DNA of 64,000 nt, from NCBI GenBank assembly GCA_045837725.1, contig JBEWZL010000066.1, positions 124,001 to 188,000 of the forward strand, written 5' to 3'. Shown in pieces: positions 23,290-36,188 of the stretch. Source of the stretch: Vermamoeba vermiformis. Lineage: Eukaryota. The notes under the pieces are model-generated. The model saw nothing but the letters and a program-made list of their open reading frames with translations, searched no databases and was not told the DNA's origin. How positions within the stretch are numbered: position 1 is the stretch's first letter; each line of letters opens with the position of its first letter. The translations under genes and the position numbers were made by a program.

Positions 23290-24561
23290 GCTGGGCAGTT
23301 AGGTGTTTTTAGTTGCTGCGGGTGGTGTAGTGATGTTATTGATAGTGGCAACCTATTAAGCTGACTAAATATGAGCTGAAACTGAAGCTGGCAAACTAAT
23401 TGCAAATTCCGCCCTCGATCTGGATCCGCACTTGTTGTCTTCTTCAAGACTATCAAAAATAAAGTGTGACGAGTTATGTTATCTGATAAGAACACGGAAA
23501 AATTATGCTGATTACGAAAAGGAAAAATACAAAATGAAAACGGAACCCACGGAAAAAGCCCGAAAAATAGCTATCACGTGCCTCAAAACAGCGGAATTTC
23601 AGGGGATCTCCCACGTGCGTTACTTAACGCTAAAATTGTAACCTTCGAAAGAACAAAAATATCTTTTTATCATTTTGCATTAACTTTTATGATCAGCTGT
23701 CATAAGTCTCGCGACGATTTCGCGTGCAAAGAGGCACATCCAACCTTGGAACAGACTCGACTCAGAGCCAAATATTTCAGTCTTCTTCCAGTACTTTAGC
23801 TTATTCTTTCAATCGTACAGGCTTGTTTTGGCGAACTAAGTTGATTTACGCGAGTTAGGTCAAAATTTGTTTGAATTTTCCTTTTATAGCAAATAAGTGT
23901 TTCTTACGGACAAGCTGATTCTACGCGCTCTCTCGTTTAAGAGTGTTGAGACACCAATATAACCTCGGAATACTGTAAGGATCATCAGTTTTAAAGGACT
24001 TTAATTTTTCCGTGTTTGTAACCTACAAAAAAATATTCTTTATTTAACTGCAGCCTCGAAACGTATACTTTACCAAGGCAAGCCGTTAATTATATTCGTA
24101 CTCGTGCCACTAGTTAAGCCAATAGAAACTGCGTGAGTACTCATCTCCGCGATCTCTTGTGTCATTACCGTCCTGTTCCAAACGCAACTGACAATAGTAT
24201 CAATCTAAGCCCACCTAACCAATATGTGCGTAGTGATTTGGTAATTTGGTTCGATGGTTGAATTTCACCCGATAAATCTTTTCTTTCCCAGCTAATCGTA
24301 ATTGCACTGTCCTTTTTTACGGTCCGTCGTCATCACCTTCTGCGTAGGAGGTACCTCCGCGAAAGTATGGCACTTGAGGTACTCATTATAAAGCGTTTGT
24401 AACAATAGCGAAACAAAAAAATAAGGAAAATTTTTACTTGACGGCTATTTTCTTATTAAAGACAGAGCCATCTATAATACAACAAGTCAGCGAGTACTTG
24501 CCATTGTAAATAGGAACGTTGTATTATAATCGCTTGAAAGTACATACAGGCGGTTGGAAAA

Positions 24562-27176
24562 ATGGCAGATTCAGCATCCAAGACTCAAGACGGTCTCCCG
24601 CCATTGAAAGTTGCTGAAAATAAGCAACTTACGGAGAAAGAAATTAGAGAGATTAAAGAATACACCGATCTATTCAGAAAAATTGACGTAGACGGGGATG
24701 GAGTAATTTCGAAGGAGGATTTCCGAACGGCAATTAAAAAATTTGGATATCAAGCTACTGAGGTAACATAATTATCTTATAATATTTTTACGATTTATTC
24801 TTCATTTTGTTGGCTGCTATAATTACAAGGATAATTTTTGATCAAACAAGCCATCTAGAAAGTCCCGAATTAAATCACATTTAAACAATATACTAGAAAT
24901 ATGACGTTATTATATTAATGGTTTAAATAATCAACAAAATTATTCCAATAAACTCATTTTATGGGTAGAAATTATCTTTATTTTTGTGTTTGCAAATACT
25001 CGTCATAAGACAGACTCATTAATTATACAATATTAATTACAATATTACCGATAAATAATCATATAGAGAATTAAACACGAGGTTATCAAAGAATTCCGAT
25101 AGAAAAATCGAGATCTGAAAATTGACTAATGAATTCTATTCAAAAAAACAGAAAGATATAGAAAGCATTATGAGCCTGTCCGATTCAAATCACAATAATA
25201 CGCTCGATTTGGACGAATTTATTATCTTTATGCGCGCTGCAAGGTTTCTGCTGCAATTTGAAGTTCCGGGCAATCCCAAGTACGTCAAAACCAATAACGA
25301 ATTTCCGACTATAAGACCTTCTATGGACCTATATTAACGATATTTCTAATATAGCTTCGTGCATCTAAACACACCGGTACCTCAAACACAAGACAAGTTG
25401 TGGCGTGCCTATAAAACATTGTTCGCAGGTGGTGTCGCGGGCGCTGTTTCACGAACGGCCGTAGCGCCATTTGAACGAATCAAAATTTTATTCCAAGTAC
25501 GTATATCAACGATATATTATTACTATTACATATATCATATGGGAATTTGGAAGTTTCCTCCGTACATAGCCGTTGAAAAAAATTTAAATTATTTTCTGCG
25601 GATGTGCAAGTTAGCACGTAATTTGCAGATTTTTAACGCAGTTATGTTATTTATAGACACAAGGAGACCCTCCTAAATATAAATCAGTTACACAAGCCAT
25701 GCGATTGATTGGCAAAGAAGAAGGCCTGCGTGGATATTTCAAGGGCAACGGTGTTAATTGTCTGCGAATATTTCCTAATTCGGCATTGCAGTTCTTTTCT
25801 TACGAGACTTATAAATCCGTAAGTAACACTATTATAATTATATCACTTTGAGTCTTAATCTTAAGTACCGTAAACTCACTGTGGTTCGGATCCGAGAAAT
25901 TTCACGAATGAAGCTTTGTTGAATTCACTCGTGCATTCTTTATCATATTGTAGAGAATATATATTATATATATTATTAACAACGTGTACTATTTAGTTTA
26001 TTATCGATAATTATATGAAGCCTCTCGGCAAAAATGATCTGACACCTTGGCTGAGAGTAGTAGCTGGAGGTAATTACACCATACAAAAATCTTATTAATA
26101 TTATGAATAACACTGTCGACTACAATACATTACTATCATATTACAACCTTTGATGCTTATGCAAAGCAAGATCCAGCTCGAAAAAGTATGACGTGTACAC
26201 TGACTTGAAATTTCGTACCTAGGCATGGCTGGCATTACAGCACTCGTAGCAACTTATCCATTAGAGTTTATAAGAGCCCGATTGACAGTACAGACAAGTA
26301 CGGAAGAGTTTTCAGTGAAATTAATCAGATTTATTGTGACTCGGAATACGTTTATTAACGCATTTCAATTGTAGCGCCCATCTATACTGGAATATGGGAC
26401 GGGTTATCAAAAGTGGCAAGAAAAGAAGGTGTATTGGGATTATATAAGGGCTTATGGCCGTCAATTTGCGTACGTAAATTGCGATTGTTCGAACAATCAC
26501 TTCCTAATATAGTAATAACCTTCCAATCAATAGGGCGTCGTGCCATATGTCGGCATTGACTTCGCCGTGTACGAGACATGTAAGCAGTACGTGCCTAAGC
26601 GACCAGACGGCACGGTCAATCCGTTCATCACACTCAGCATTGGAGGGGCTGCAGGTGTTGCAGGTCAAACAGGTACGCATTGAATTAAATGATGATCATA
26701 ACTTGGATAGTGACCGACGGGACAAGTGTAGCTACATTTAGTATATTTTTAGATATTGTGCTGGTGCGGTGAAATTTTTAAATGATTTGATTTGTGTACG
26801 ATTAATTAATTAATCACCGGTGACCGTTCTATTAATATTCTAAATTTATCGTACACAATGATTAACCTGTTGACAAGCGTTAATTAACAATAGCTCATGT
26901 CATTAGACGTCAATTTATTAACGAGAATTTAAATTTGTAGTGTCGTACCCGTTAGATCTGGTCCGACGGAGGTTGCAAGTTCAAGATTTTTCAGGATTTG
27001 TTGGCACTCAAGTCACGCATTACGATGGCATGATGGACTGCTTCAAAAAGATATTCAAAACGGAAGGTGTTAGAGGATTTTACAAAGGATTGTGGCCGAA
27101 TTATATCAAAGTGGTGCCTAGCATCAGTATTACTTTCTTAGTTTACGAAAAGATGAAGCACTGGTTGAAATTTTAA
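24562..27176 (+). CDS. Calcium-binding mitochondrial carrier (SCaMC/SLC25A23-25-like ATP-Mg/Pi carrier)
   Basis: EF hands DVDGDGVISKEDF and DSNHNNTLDLDEF; carrier signatures APFERIKILFQ, YPLEFIRARL, YPLDLVRRRLQ; ends YEKMKHWLKF*. Confidence 0.92.
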
Positions 27177-27253
27177 CACAAAAAAAAAAACTAAGATCTG
27201 TAAAACAATATTCATTAAAAAAAACAATCGCGAATAAGATATTTATTTCGTAT

Positions 27254-29248
27254 TCAAATTTTATATACATCGAGTAGTGTGTCAAATTCTTGTGAAGATC
27301 CGTTCAATATTGACAACGCTCGTTTGATTTCACGTTGAATTATAACCCAGCCTATTCTATTAACTTTTTTGCCTAAATTGTGATCGATTTCAAATGGATC
27401 TTCAATCGCCACTTTGAAATCTTGCCAATTCTTTTCTTCTTTTGTGATTACATTCGGGGTACGTATATTAATAACATTATTCTCAAAGTCAAATGTTGCT
27501 AGGAACTGGAAGAATTGAACTAATAATTCGCCTGTTTTGAAATGCGTTACTTCCATTTACGGAAATATGCGTAAATTAGTTTCTGCATACCTATTGACTG
27601 CTTATTTTCCTTGCTAGCGCCCTTGAAAGGCACAATATAATTATCAAAGTAGCAATCAGCGCCGTGAATGATGAAATTTTTAACGTCTGCTGGTCGTTTC
27701 GATTGTTGCAAGAACGGCAGCACTGGCGGGGAAGTGCGTTGTAAGAAATAAATAACTAATATAACCCACGCATATGAACTGATGCAATCTAATGATACCG
27801 TTAGTAATCAGACCGGAGATCTTGAAAAATTTACGCACCGTCAGTCACGCTGTTGATTTTTCTATTTTTGGCCCAATGTTTGACGAAAATGCCTAACTGT
27901 TTGACACGCGGGTTTATCGTCGCATAGTTTTTGAGCAATTCAGTGTTCTTGATTTGAATGGCGTGGTTAAAACTCAAGTCGCATTCGTAATTGCTGAAGG
28001 ACAAGTTAGACGGTATTTTTATACGAATAGTGATGGACTTACGAGACTTCATCCCTAAATTTAATGATAGGGACTCGGGCTTGGCTAATAACAACCATTT
28101 TTTTGACTTGTGCTTGAGCTATAAAATGACACGTGTCAATCGAAACATCGCTCATCGGATCTACTTAACAGACTTACTTTTAAAGAAGAGCTTTCTCACT
28201 TTCTGTATTAAGTCTTGAATATCAACAGTGAATGAAGGTGGGTAGATCAGCGTAAGATCGAGGTCAGATCCAGCTGTGCCCATCGCGTTAAAACTCGATC
28301 CAAATCCGCTGAGGAAGAAGTCAGTTCCTTCTTCGAAGAATTTTTGTGCTCGTGTTTGTTTTCGAGGTGGTTCAACAATGTTATTATTTGGAGCTGTATT
28401 GGTATTATTGTTATTCTTCGCTACGTATTGGCCAGATGATGATCCGGATCTGCTGGCGTTGTTGTTTGTATTTGGCTTAGCAGTATTATTATTAACAGGA
28501 GGTGCTTTTTTCTTAATAGGCGCAGCCATAGGATACAATCGCTTTAATTCTCTGTTTAGGAAAGTCTGCAGAACCATCGTGAGCAACTTTGATGAATAGA
28601 GAGGCCTATTAAACTTACCTGTAATCGTTTGACGATTTGTTTTTTGGCTAGTTTTTCTTGTTCGGGGACTTTAAGCCTGTTCACGCATTCTACGATCTAG
28701 ATTCGGAGTCAAGGATGAGATCCAGCTCGTTGTAACGATATACTATGAGTTGAATTTACCTTATTTGACATAAAGTTATAATCAGGTGACGAATTTGTGA
28801 TTACTGGTGGATCTGCAAGCTCTTCTTTAACGATCGGGTGATCCATTTTTAATGAGACGAGTTCCAGCGTTTGTTTTTTCTTTGATTCGTCCTCTTCATT
28901 GACTTGATGCTTAAGAATAAATTTAAATATGGCTTTGTGACCCTTGAGGAACTCTTTGACAGGGACTTTAGTTCTTTTGCGCAGATTCTGACCGTTGTAT
29001 TGCGCATATAACTCCGCTAATTCTTGTGGCAATAACGGCCCAAAATACAATAATATTATGAGCTCTTTAAGCAACGAAAGATCCTTTTTGATGCGTGCTT
29101 CTTGCGCTTCGGGAGTCAAATCTTGATCTGCAATCTCCTTGTCGTCACTAATTTCTTCTTGAATATCGTCATTATCATCTTCTAATTTATTATTATTTTT
29201 GGCAATATTTATTTCTAAATTTGTTTCTACTGAGCTTGGCGTTTCCAT
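27254..29248 (-). CDS. Non-canonical poly(A)/terminal uridylyl transferase (Cid1/TUTase-like)
   Basis: FGSSFNAMGTAGSDLDL catalytic motif, YECDLSFN, VKHWAKNRKIN, SSYAWVILVIYFLQ, VAIEDPFEIDHNLGK PAP-associated motif. Confidence 0.9.
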
Positions 29249-29486
29249 TCCGATCTGGATCTTAAAATAATGAATATGTCTTTGGAAGTCTGGACTTCTG
29301 GTTCTCCGAGCAAATTAATATTGAAATCAATACGATCGGCACGTAAATAGATTTGGCGCTGTGTTGCTTCATGATCTGCGAAAATAACATTTGATTGATT
29401 GCTCTATCAACAAGCAAACACTTCTTCGTCGTCATATAATTGTACGTTAATGTGACTTAACGAGGAGGGCAATCAACAATTACGCA

Positions 29487-30000
29487 GGAGTCAAGAGAGG
29501 CCGTGAGGACGAAGATCAAGATGCGCAATCCTTTCCCAAAAAACAGGAGATAAATGACTGCCATATAAATAGCCTACCGGAGGAGTTACTGATTTCTGTA
29601 CTGGTCAAAGTTCCTAAAAGACGCCTTGGTATTTATTTATTAATTATTTATTTATATTTGTTGAAATTGGTCTAAAATCAAAAAGCTTGCTCATCTCCGT
29701 TATTACATCGAAATATAAATATTTTTAATAATAGTTTAATTTAATGTTATCTTTTTAGGCAGTATACGGAGTGTCAAAACGATGGTGGCAGATCTCCCGA
29801 GCTCCTGATTTTTGGCGGCTGTCCTGCCTACTAAAGTGGCCCGAATAATCGCTTCCTCTAAAAAGACATCGAAGAGCATTTTATTCCCACGATAAACGGT
29901 TAGTCAGGTGTAAAAATACTTGATGCCTTATCTAACGAATCGTTTCTTAGCGAACGGCAAAACTGTAATCGATTGGAAATTTTATTACAATTTGCGGTAA
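29487..30000 (+). pseudogene. Truncated, frameshifted relic of the NLS-F-box-HEAT-like family (exons 1-3 only)
   Basis: GVKRGREDEDQ...INSLPEELLISVLVKVPKRRL|GT with no in-frame ATG; exon 2 VSKRWWQISRAPDFWRLSC frameshifted; exon 3 NGKTVIDWKFYYNLR; nothing recognisable afterwards. Confidence 0.8.
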
Positions 30001-30477
30001 GTTCTTAATTTTCAACTCGAATATCTCATTTAAATGTCGTTTAACTCAAGATCGTTCAACTGCTCACTGAAATTAACAACAATGAAGCCCATCATGAGGT
30101 GAAATTGCCGATTAGTACTGAATTACATTACAATTCAGTTGGCAGTTGCATGAATCTGTATGCACTGTTGTTGTTGAGGCACACATCACAGCATCGGGTT
30201 CTTGCGAAGAACAACGTGCTGTTGGATCCTCGATTCAACAATGCTTTGAATCTGAATGTACGTGATCTGAGCGGTACGTCGATTCAATTCGAAGCTTCTC
30301 GAATAAGTAATTTGCTTGTAAGAGTTTTTTTTACTTAATAGTTCAACAGAAAGTTCGTCGTAGGAATCAGATTTCTAGAAGGTTAGGATCCATAAATAGT
30401 GCCGTTAGTTCTGTTCTTTCGAAGTTGTTATATTTGATACCATACAAAGTATAAAACTAATACATTATTGAGCATTA

Positions 30478-31946
30478 ATGGTTCAATTTAGATTTATTTT
30501 GTTTCTTGTTGCGGCCGTTAGTCTGATCTGCGTTGGTTTCGCAGTCGATACCTGCCCTTTCGCTTACTCACCTGATGGTGGCAGTGAATACGATTTGGCT
30601 GATATTGCCTATCAGTAAGTATCAGTACAAATAATTTTCGGTACAGATCTTGTTCCTTAAAACCGGAACTTTCGGAAATTATTAATCCTTAATAAGCGCT
30701 AATATTTAGACCTCATTTCTACGCCACAAATTTCAATGGAGTAACGTACAACTTCAACATCAGCATCTGCGCCGCCGCTGCTGGTTGGGAATGCGGACGC
30801 TGCAATTATTACGCTGGTACGTTCAATAATACAACCGTAGTGATATATGTAATTACTCAAATATTAAATCAGGTGTTTGCCAGTACTGGGGCTCTTCTTC
30901 GGATCCGAAAACAAGATGTTTAGGAGGTACCTGGACCCGTGAAGTCATTGGACTCAGTAAGCGATAATCATAATATAATACAGTATAATTAATATTCTAA
31001 TATTTTCGTTCCTAGATGGCGGTGCTAGCGTTCAGATCAAATACTCTAAAGGTGAGGTTTGCGAAACATGCGTCCCTGATGATACAAGAGAGACTGTTAT
31101 CACATTGTTGTGCGACAATACAGGTAATAAAAGAAAATCTACCGAAATTATTCAATAATTAACTTTAATTCTTTTCAGTTGCCGACAAGACCCAGATCTA
31201 CTGGACAAACGTTGCTATTGCTTATCCCGGTCAAAGTCCAGTCAACTACTTCAACGGCACTATCTACTGCTCTCAGCCATTAGTAGCTGCAGCCGCGAAA
31301 GAAAAACAACAGTCCGTCGTTGGATCCGCTTCATATTCTAAACTCTCATCAAACGTCAAGCAACTTGCAGATTCAGTATTCAGGACATCAAACTGATCAG
31401 GGCCAGAAGTGCAATGCCAGTCTGAATACGATGTACTTGATCAGCACTATCTTCGTTGAAAATTGCAACGCTGGTTGTCAGCTCATCGGCAAAGATTTCA
31501 CCTTGACTGAATGCGATAAGCCCTTAGTGTTCCCTTACAATACTTCATGGATACAAACGACCTTGTATACAGACAGTTCATGCTCTGAGTAAGTACCTCA
31601 GTCCATCGGGCTATTTCGTTTGACTTCCATGCCAGATCTGCTTATCAAAAAGTTTAAATATACATCAAACATTCAATTCCATATGTTCATCGTAGAAAAG
31701 GCTCTAATTATTCCGTTCTATAGTCGGTTCAGTTCGTACTTCTCCAGAGCCACCCAATGCGACACCTTTACAGGCTTTACGTACCAAAGTTGCGACAGTA
31801 CGATGGTGTATACTTACCAGTGCAGTGGTCCTAAGTGCAACAATTGCCGATTGGTCGACAAGACTCCCACAAATACCTGCATTGATGGCAAGGAGTATCA
31901 ATGCGTCAGTAATAATGCCGCACCTCGCGCAATGCGCAAAAAGTAA
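30478..31946 (+). CDS. Secreted cysteine-rich protein, N-terminal mannose-6-phosphate-receptor homology (MRH)-like domain
   Basis: Signal peptide MVQFRFILFLVAAVSLICVGFA; SEYDL, TYNFNISIC, GVCQ, VQIKYSKGEVC, RETVITLLCD pattern typical of MRH domains; Cys-rich C-terminus. Confidence 0.6.
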
Positions 31947-32050
31947 GCAACGTGTTGAAGTCCTAATAAATCGTTTGTTTATTATTAAACTATTAACAGT
32001 TAATGAGCGTTGGTTTTGTTTGTAATTTCTTTTACAAAAGACAACGCTAG

Positions 32051-32170
32051 GAAGATCGCGAAGCTGATCTCGTCACAAAAAAATCTAAATACGATCTTCT
32101 CGAAATGAATACGCCCCCAAGGAGTTAATCATGATGCAGATCCTTGATAGAGTACCAAAAAGAAAATCCT
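32051..32170 (+). pseudogene. Small relic of exon 1 of the F-box array family
   Basis: gaagatcgcgaagctgatctcgtcacaaaaaaatctaaatacgatc... aligns by eye with copy 2 exon 1 (36229-36340); translates EDREADLVTKKSKYDLLEMNT../..MQILDRVPKRK with a frame break. Confidence 0.7.
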
Positions 32171-32314
32171 GACTGGACGCTCTTCCAGGGAAATGGGACC
32201 AAAAGTAGATCCAGGAAAAATTCGAGCTTTTTCGCAATGTGACAGACCGTGAACACACAATTTGATTCAAATGTCAAGCAGTAAATTGATAATTTCTGCC
32301 TGTGGATACAACCA

Positions 32315-35300
32315 ATGGCGGCAAAGGTTGGCCAAAAGCGCAACCGCGAGCTCGACCGGGACTCTCGTATCACAAAAAAAGCAAAATTAATTTCTTTGTC
32401 ATTAAACAGCTTTCCAGATGAACTTTTGATGCAAATACTCGCCAAAATACCGAAAAAATATTTAGGTAAATTAAAAATAGTTCAAACAAAAGTCAATGAA
32501 CGCCTTGGCTCATATTAGTATAGCAATTAAGTATTACAAAATCCTAATAATTTATCGCGATAAAAATTAGGTGCAATTTCAGAGGTCTGCGCCAAATGGC
32601 TTCAGATGACGCGCACACGTTATTTTTGGAAGCTATCTTGTCAACAAAGATGGCCAAATATGCTTGCTTCGGATAGTACCAGTTTTGAAATCGAGAATTA
32701 TATAATACCAACTTCAATAGGTAAGCTCTATATTTTTCGCCATTAACGCTGACAAATCTGACATCCAGTTAGTTCAGGGCGAGACTATGATTGATTGGAA
32801 ATTCTATTGGTATTTAAGGTACATTTATTGTTTATTTTGCACGATTTAACTGGTGTTTGTCGGATCTAGAAAGAAATTTACCCTAGTCAACAAACTGACC
32901 AGTCACTTACCACCAAACATTTCCAACGAGTTGCAACGCTCAGAAATGTACCATTTTTTGCAAGTATTTTCAAAAGTACCGGTTAATAGCCTGTCAGGTG
33001 CGCTAATGGAAGCTGCTTTTGATTTCGCATGCGATTTGGCGCTGGTGCTATTTAACAGAAAGGATACAATAGGCTTCAAATTGGCTCTTAGTGTGATGAA
33101 AAATGTCTCTATACATTCGATCCCAGCCAGTCATCTCGGGTAATAACTGCGAATGGATCCGCATCATTGATGAGATCTAACATTGTATATTGTTTAGATT
33201 CTGCAAACGAGTGCTTAATTTGTGCCAATTAGTTGGAGACTATAATCCAAAATGGACGTTGAAGTTATTCACCATAGCTAATTCATTGCTAAGAGCGGTC
33301 TCAGAGTTTAACGACCGATTCAAAGAGGTCTTAAGCTCAATGACTCAATTTCTTATCAATATGTCGACACTAGACCTTGCTCAGAATGACAATCAAAGTC
33401 ACGATTTGGAATTTCGTTATCCGATATATGGCTGGGGACTATCGAATTCGTTGTCCTTCAGCAAGCAATTGTACAACCACAAAGGCATGTTCACTACTTA
33501 AAATCGATCGTATACTAATAGCATAATAATAATCAGAGCTTACGGAGATTATAATTGACATTGCAAGTAATATGTACTTCACGAGCGATGACTCGCGGAT
33601 CAGATCTGGTGCTCTTTGTGTGGGCTGGTTACCAGGCTATGAACACAAAGAGTACATTCTTAAATATCATCGGTACGTCCATTATTATTGCTTCTATATT
33701 TTCATCTTACTAATTAATGTTACAGCATGACCATGCACGCCATAAGACAGTCAGACCCTGAGATATCTTCTGCGGCCATGCTCGGTCCGATTAAAATCGC
33801 GTACTTAGAGCCAGAATTGCTTAAAGGCATCTTCAGTGATAAGCAATTGAAGAAAATATTCCTAGTCGTGTCGGATGCTCTCGATCGGTCGCACGTCAAA
33901 ATCAAGTAAGACAAAATATGACATTAGGAAAGCTAACTAATATAAATACAAATAGAATGACGATATATTACGTATTACTGAGAGTGCTCACGACTTTTAA
34001 TCGTGATCTTATTACTGATGCGGAGCTCGATGAGTTAATTTTACGAGTGCTTCGAATGTTCACTGAAATAGAGCAATGGAGGAATCACGAGATGAAATCT
34101 ATTTATAGAATCGATAAACTTGGCTCATTGTTTGGCGAACGACTAGCTGGCGTAAGTTCTTAAGGTCTCATTAAAATTGATGACACATAATTACGTTTAT
34201 TGTTCTTAGAAAATGGATGCTATCAAAGCCGTTCTGTTTTTGTTAGCCCAATGCAAAAAAATTGCATCGCCCGAGCAGATGATAGAAGGTTACATCAAAT
34301 TAGGTAACAGTGCCATAAAATTGTTCGATTTACTCGACTTAATGTGATTGTTTAGGAGTGAAAGTTAAAGGCTCAAAGTTCAATGAGGAATTCAAAGAAC
34401 TCACGCAAAAGATTACAAATGTTGACTTGCCATTCCAAGTCTCCATAATCAAATGTTACAAGCAATTTGGTTTTCGATGGGCCAAAAATGCCGATCCAGA
34501 AGAACGACAACAAATCATTGAGACGTTACTAAGAGCTATTCCAGATTGCATGTATCAACTTGGTCAACAACGTGTCGAGTCGTATACTGATCCTACGGGT
34601 GGCCCAAAAGATTATCCAATCACGTGGACCGAGTTGCAACAAGACCGCAATGACCTTCAAAAGATCGATTGCGTTGGTAGAGTTGAATAAGGCACCGTTT
34701 CATATGTCTCGAAAAGATATTAAACCAATCAATGACCAGGATGAAGGTTTCAAACCTCAATTTAGTATGGTACGTACATCAACTGAGTGATTAATGTCAT
34801 TTTAATGGTAATATACAGTTTATGTATGACGTTCAAATATTCACAGCACAACTTCTGAAGATAATTCAGTACCGGAAATTCAAGGGAATGTACATGCATC
34901 ACGCCCAAGATGTCCTACACGCAGCACTGGCATGTTTTCGATCGACTAATAGCAACCACGAGTACTTGACAATAATAGACCTCTTGTCTTGCGCCAAAGA
35001 AGAAATGGAGCCGTCGGAATTGTTCAAATACGTTGATATCATTATTGAGTGTCTGCTGGAAAAACAACAAGGCGTTGGGGGTGAAAAGGCGCAAAATCAG
35101 TTTTTGTCGTTATTTCGCTACGTAAGTATTCCTTGATATACTCTGAGTTGACATTATTTACTACAGTGCTTGGGTATACTGAAAGATATGCCGGAGTATG
35201 CCAACGTCGTCATCATAACGAAAGCAATCAACATTTGTATTGGCACGGAAAAATTTGTGATTCCGCTCTTCGCAGATGTACGTTCATATAATGCTACATT

Positions 35301-36087
35301 AATGATGACTAACGCCATATTGGGCAGTTAAGCGATTTCATTTATTACTTTATAACTTGCTGGCCTCGGTACACGCACCAAGCAATCAAAGTGTCCAAGT
35401 TGGGTCAGTGGCTCACGGTTCGCTTAACGCAAGATTTAAAGTCAAAGGTAATTATCAATATTAAATTTTCACAACATCAATCCAATTGTCATAAATACTG
35501 ACGTCATGCTCGGCCAATAGGAGGACTCGACCGATATTCTGATGTTTTTTGCTATCGTTGCAGGCCTGTATGGCATCGAATACGTATTGGTACGTGATAT
35601 TGAATACATTGATGAGTCATATTGACGTGTTGACCAGGAGGCGCTGTGTGTCGATCCAGATGCGCACAAATACAACTCTCACGAGAGCTATTTAGACTTG
35701 GTTGTACCTCATTGTCAAGTCCTATACAAAGCTGTTCGTCGAGGCAATGTCAAGATTAGTCCGCTGCATCATAATTATTTGCGCAAATTTTTGATCTTGA
35801 TCGCGATCTACCGAGTTGACAGCTACGCAGGAACCATTGCTGCAATACCGAAGCAAGGCAGTGAAAATATAGAAAGACTACAAAGTGCGATTGAGAGTGA
35901 CAAGTTTGATACAGGAGTACCCAAGCTGAATAAGTTGGTCAAAAGTCTCGATCTCGCCGGAATTTGTCGCGAACTGTGTTTACAACGAGCAAAATATGAA
36001 GACCACATAAATTATGGGGACATTGACAGCGATGAAGATATGTTTTTCGTTCGACGACGGATCAACCCTGGTCTGATGGCGGAATAA
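32315..36087 (+). CDS. F-box array copy 1 (NLS, F-box, HEAT-like solenoid, DTGVPxLN C-terminal domain); +1 frameshift near 34679, possibly a pseudogene
   Basis: KRNR...KKAK, SFPDELLMQILAKIPKK, FWKLSCQQRW, IDWKFYWYLR, SDDSRIRSGA, DTGVPKLN; intron positions shared with the other copies. Confidence 0.75.
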
Positions 36088-36188
36088 CGTGGGCCTTGTT
36101 CCGTATCAAGAATGTTTTTTCGTCCTTATTGAATTCGAGATAAACACCCTAAACAACACGCTTCTTAGTATATTTATGTTGGTATACA

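Noticed and set aside
30099-30338. 79-aa ORF after the F-box relic
   Set aside because: No ATG start (GTG), no recognisable motifs; likely decayed pseudogene or intergenic sequence.
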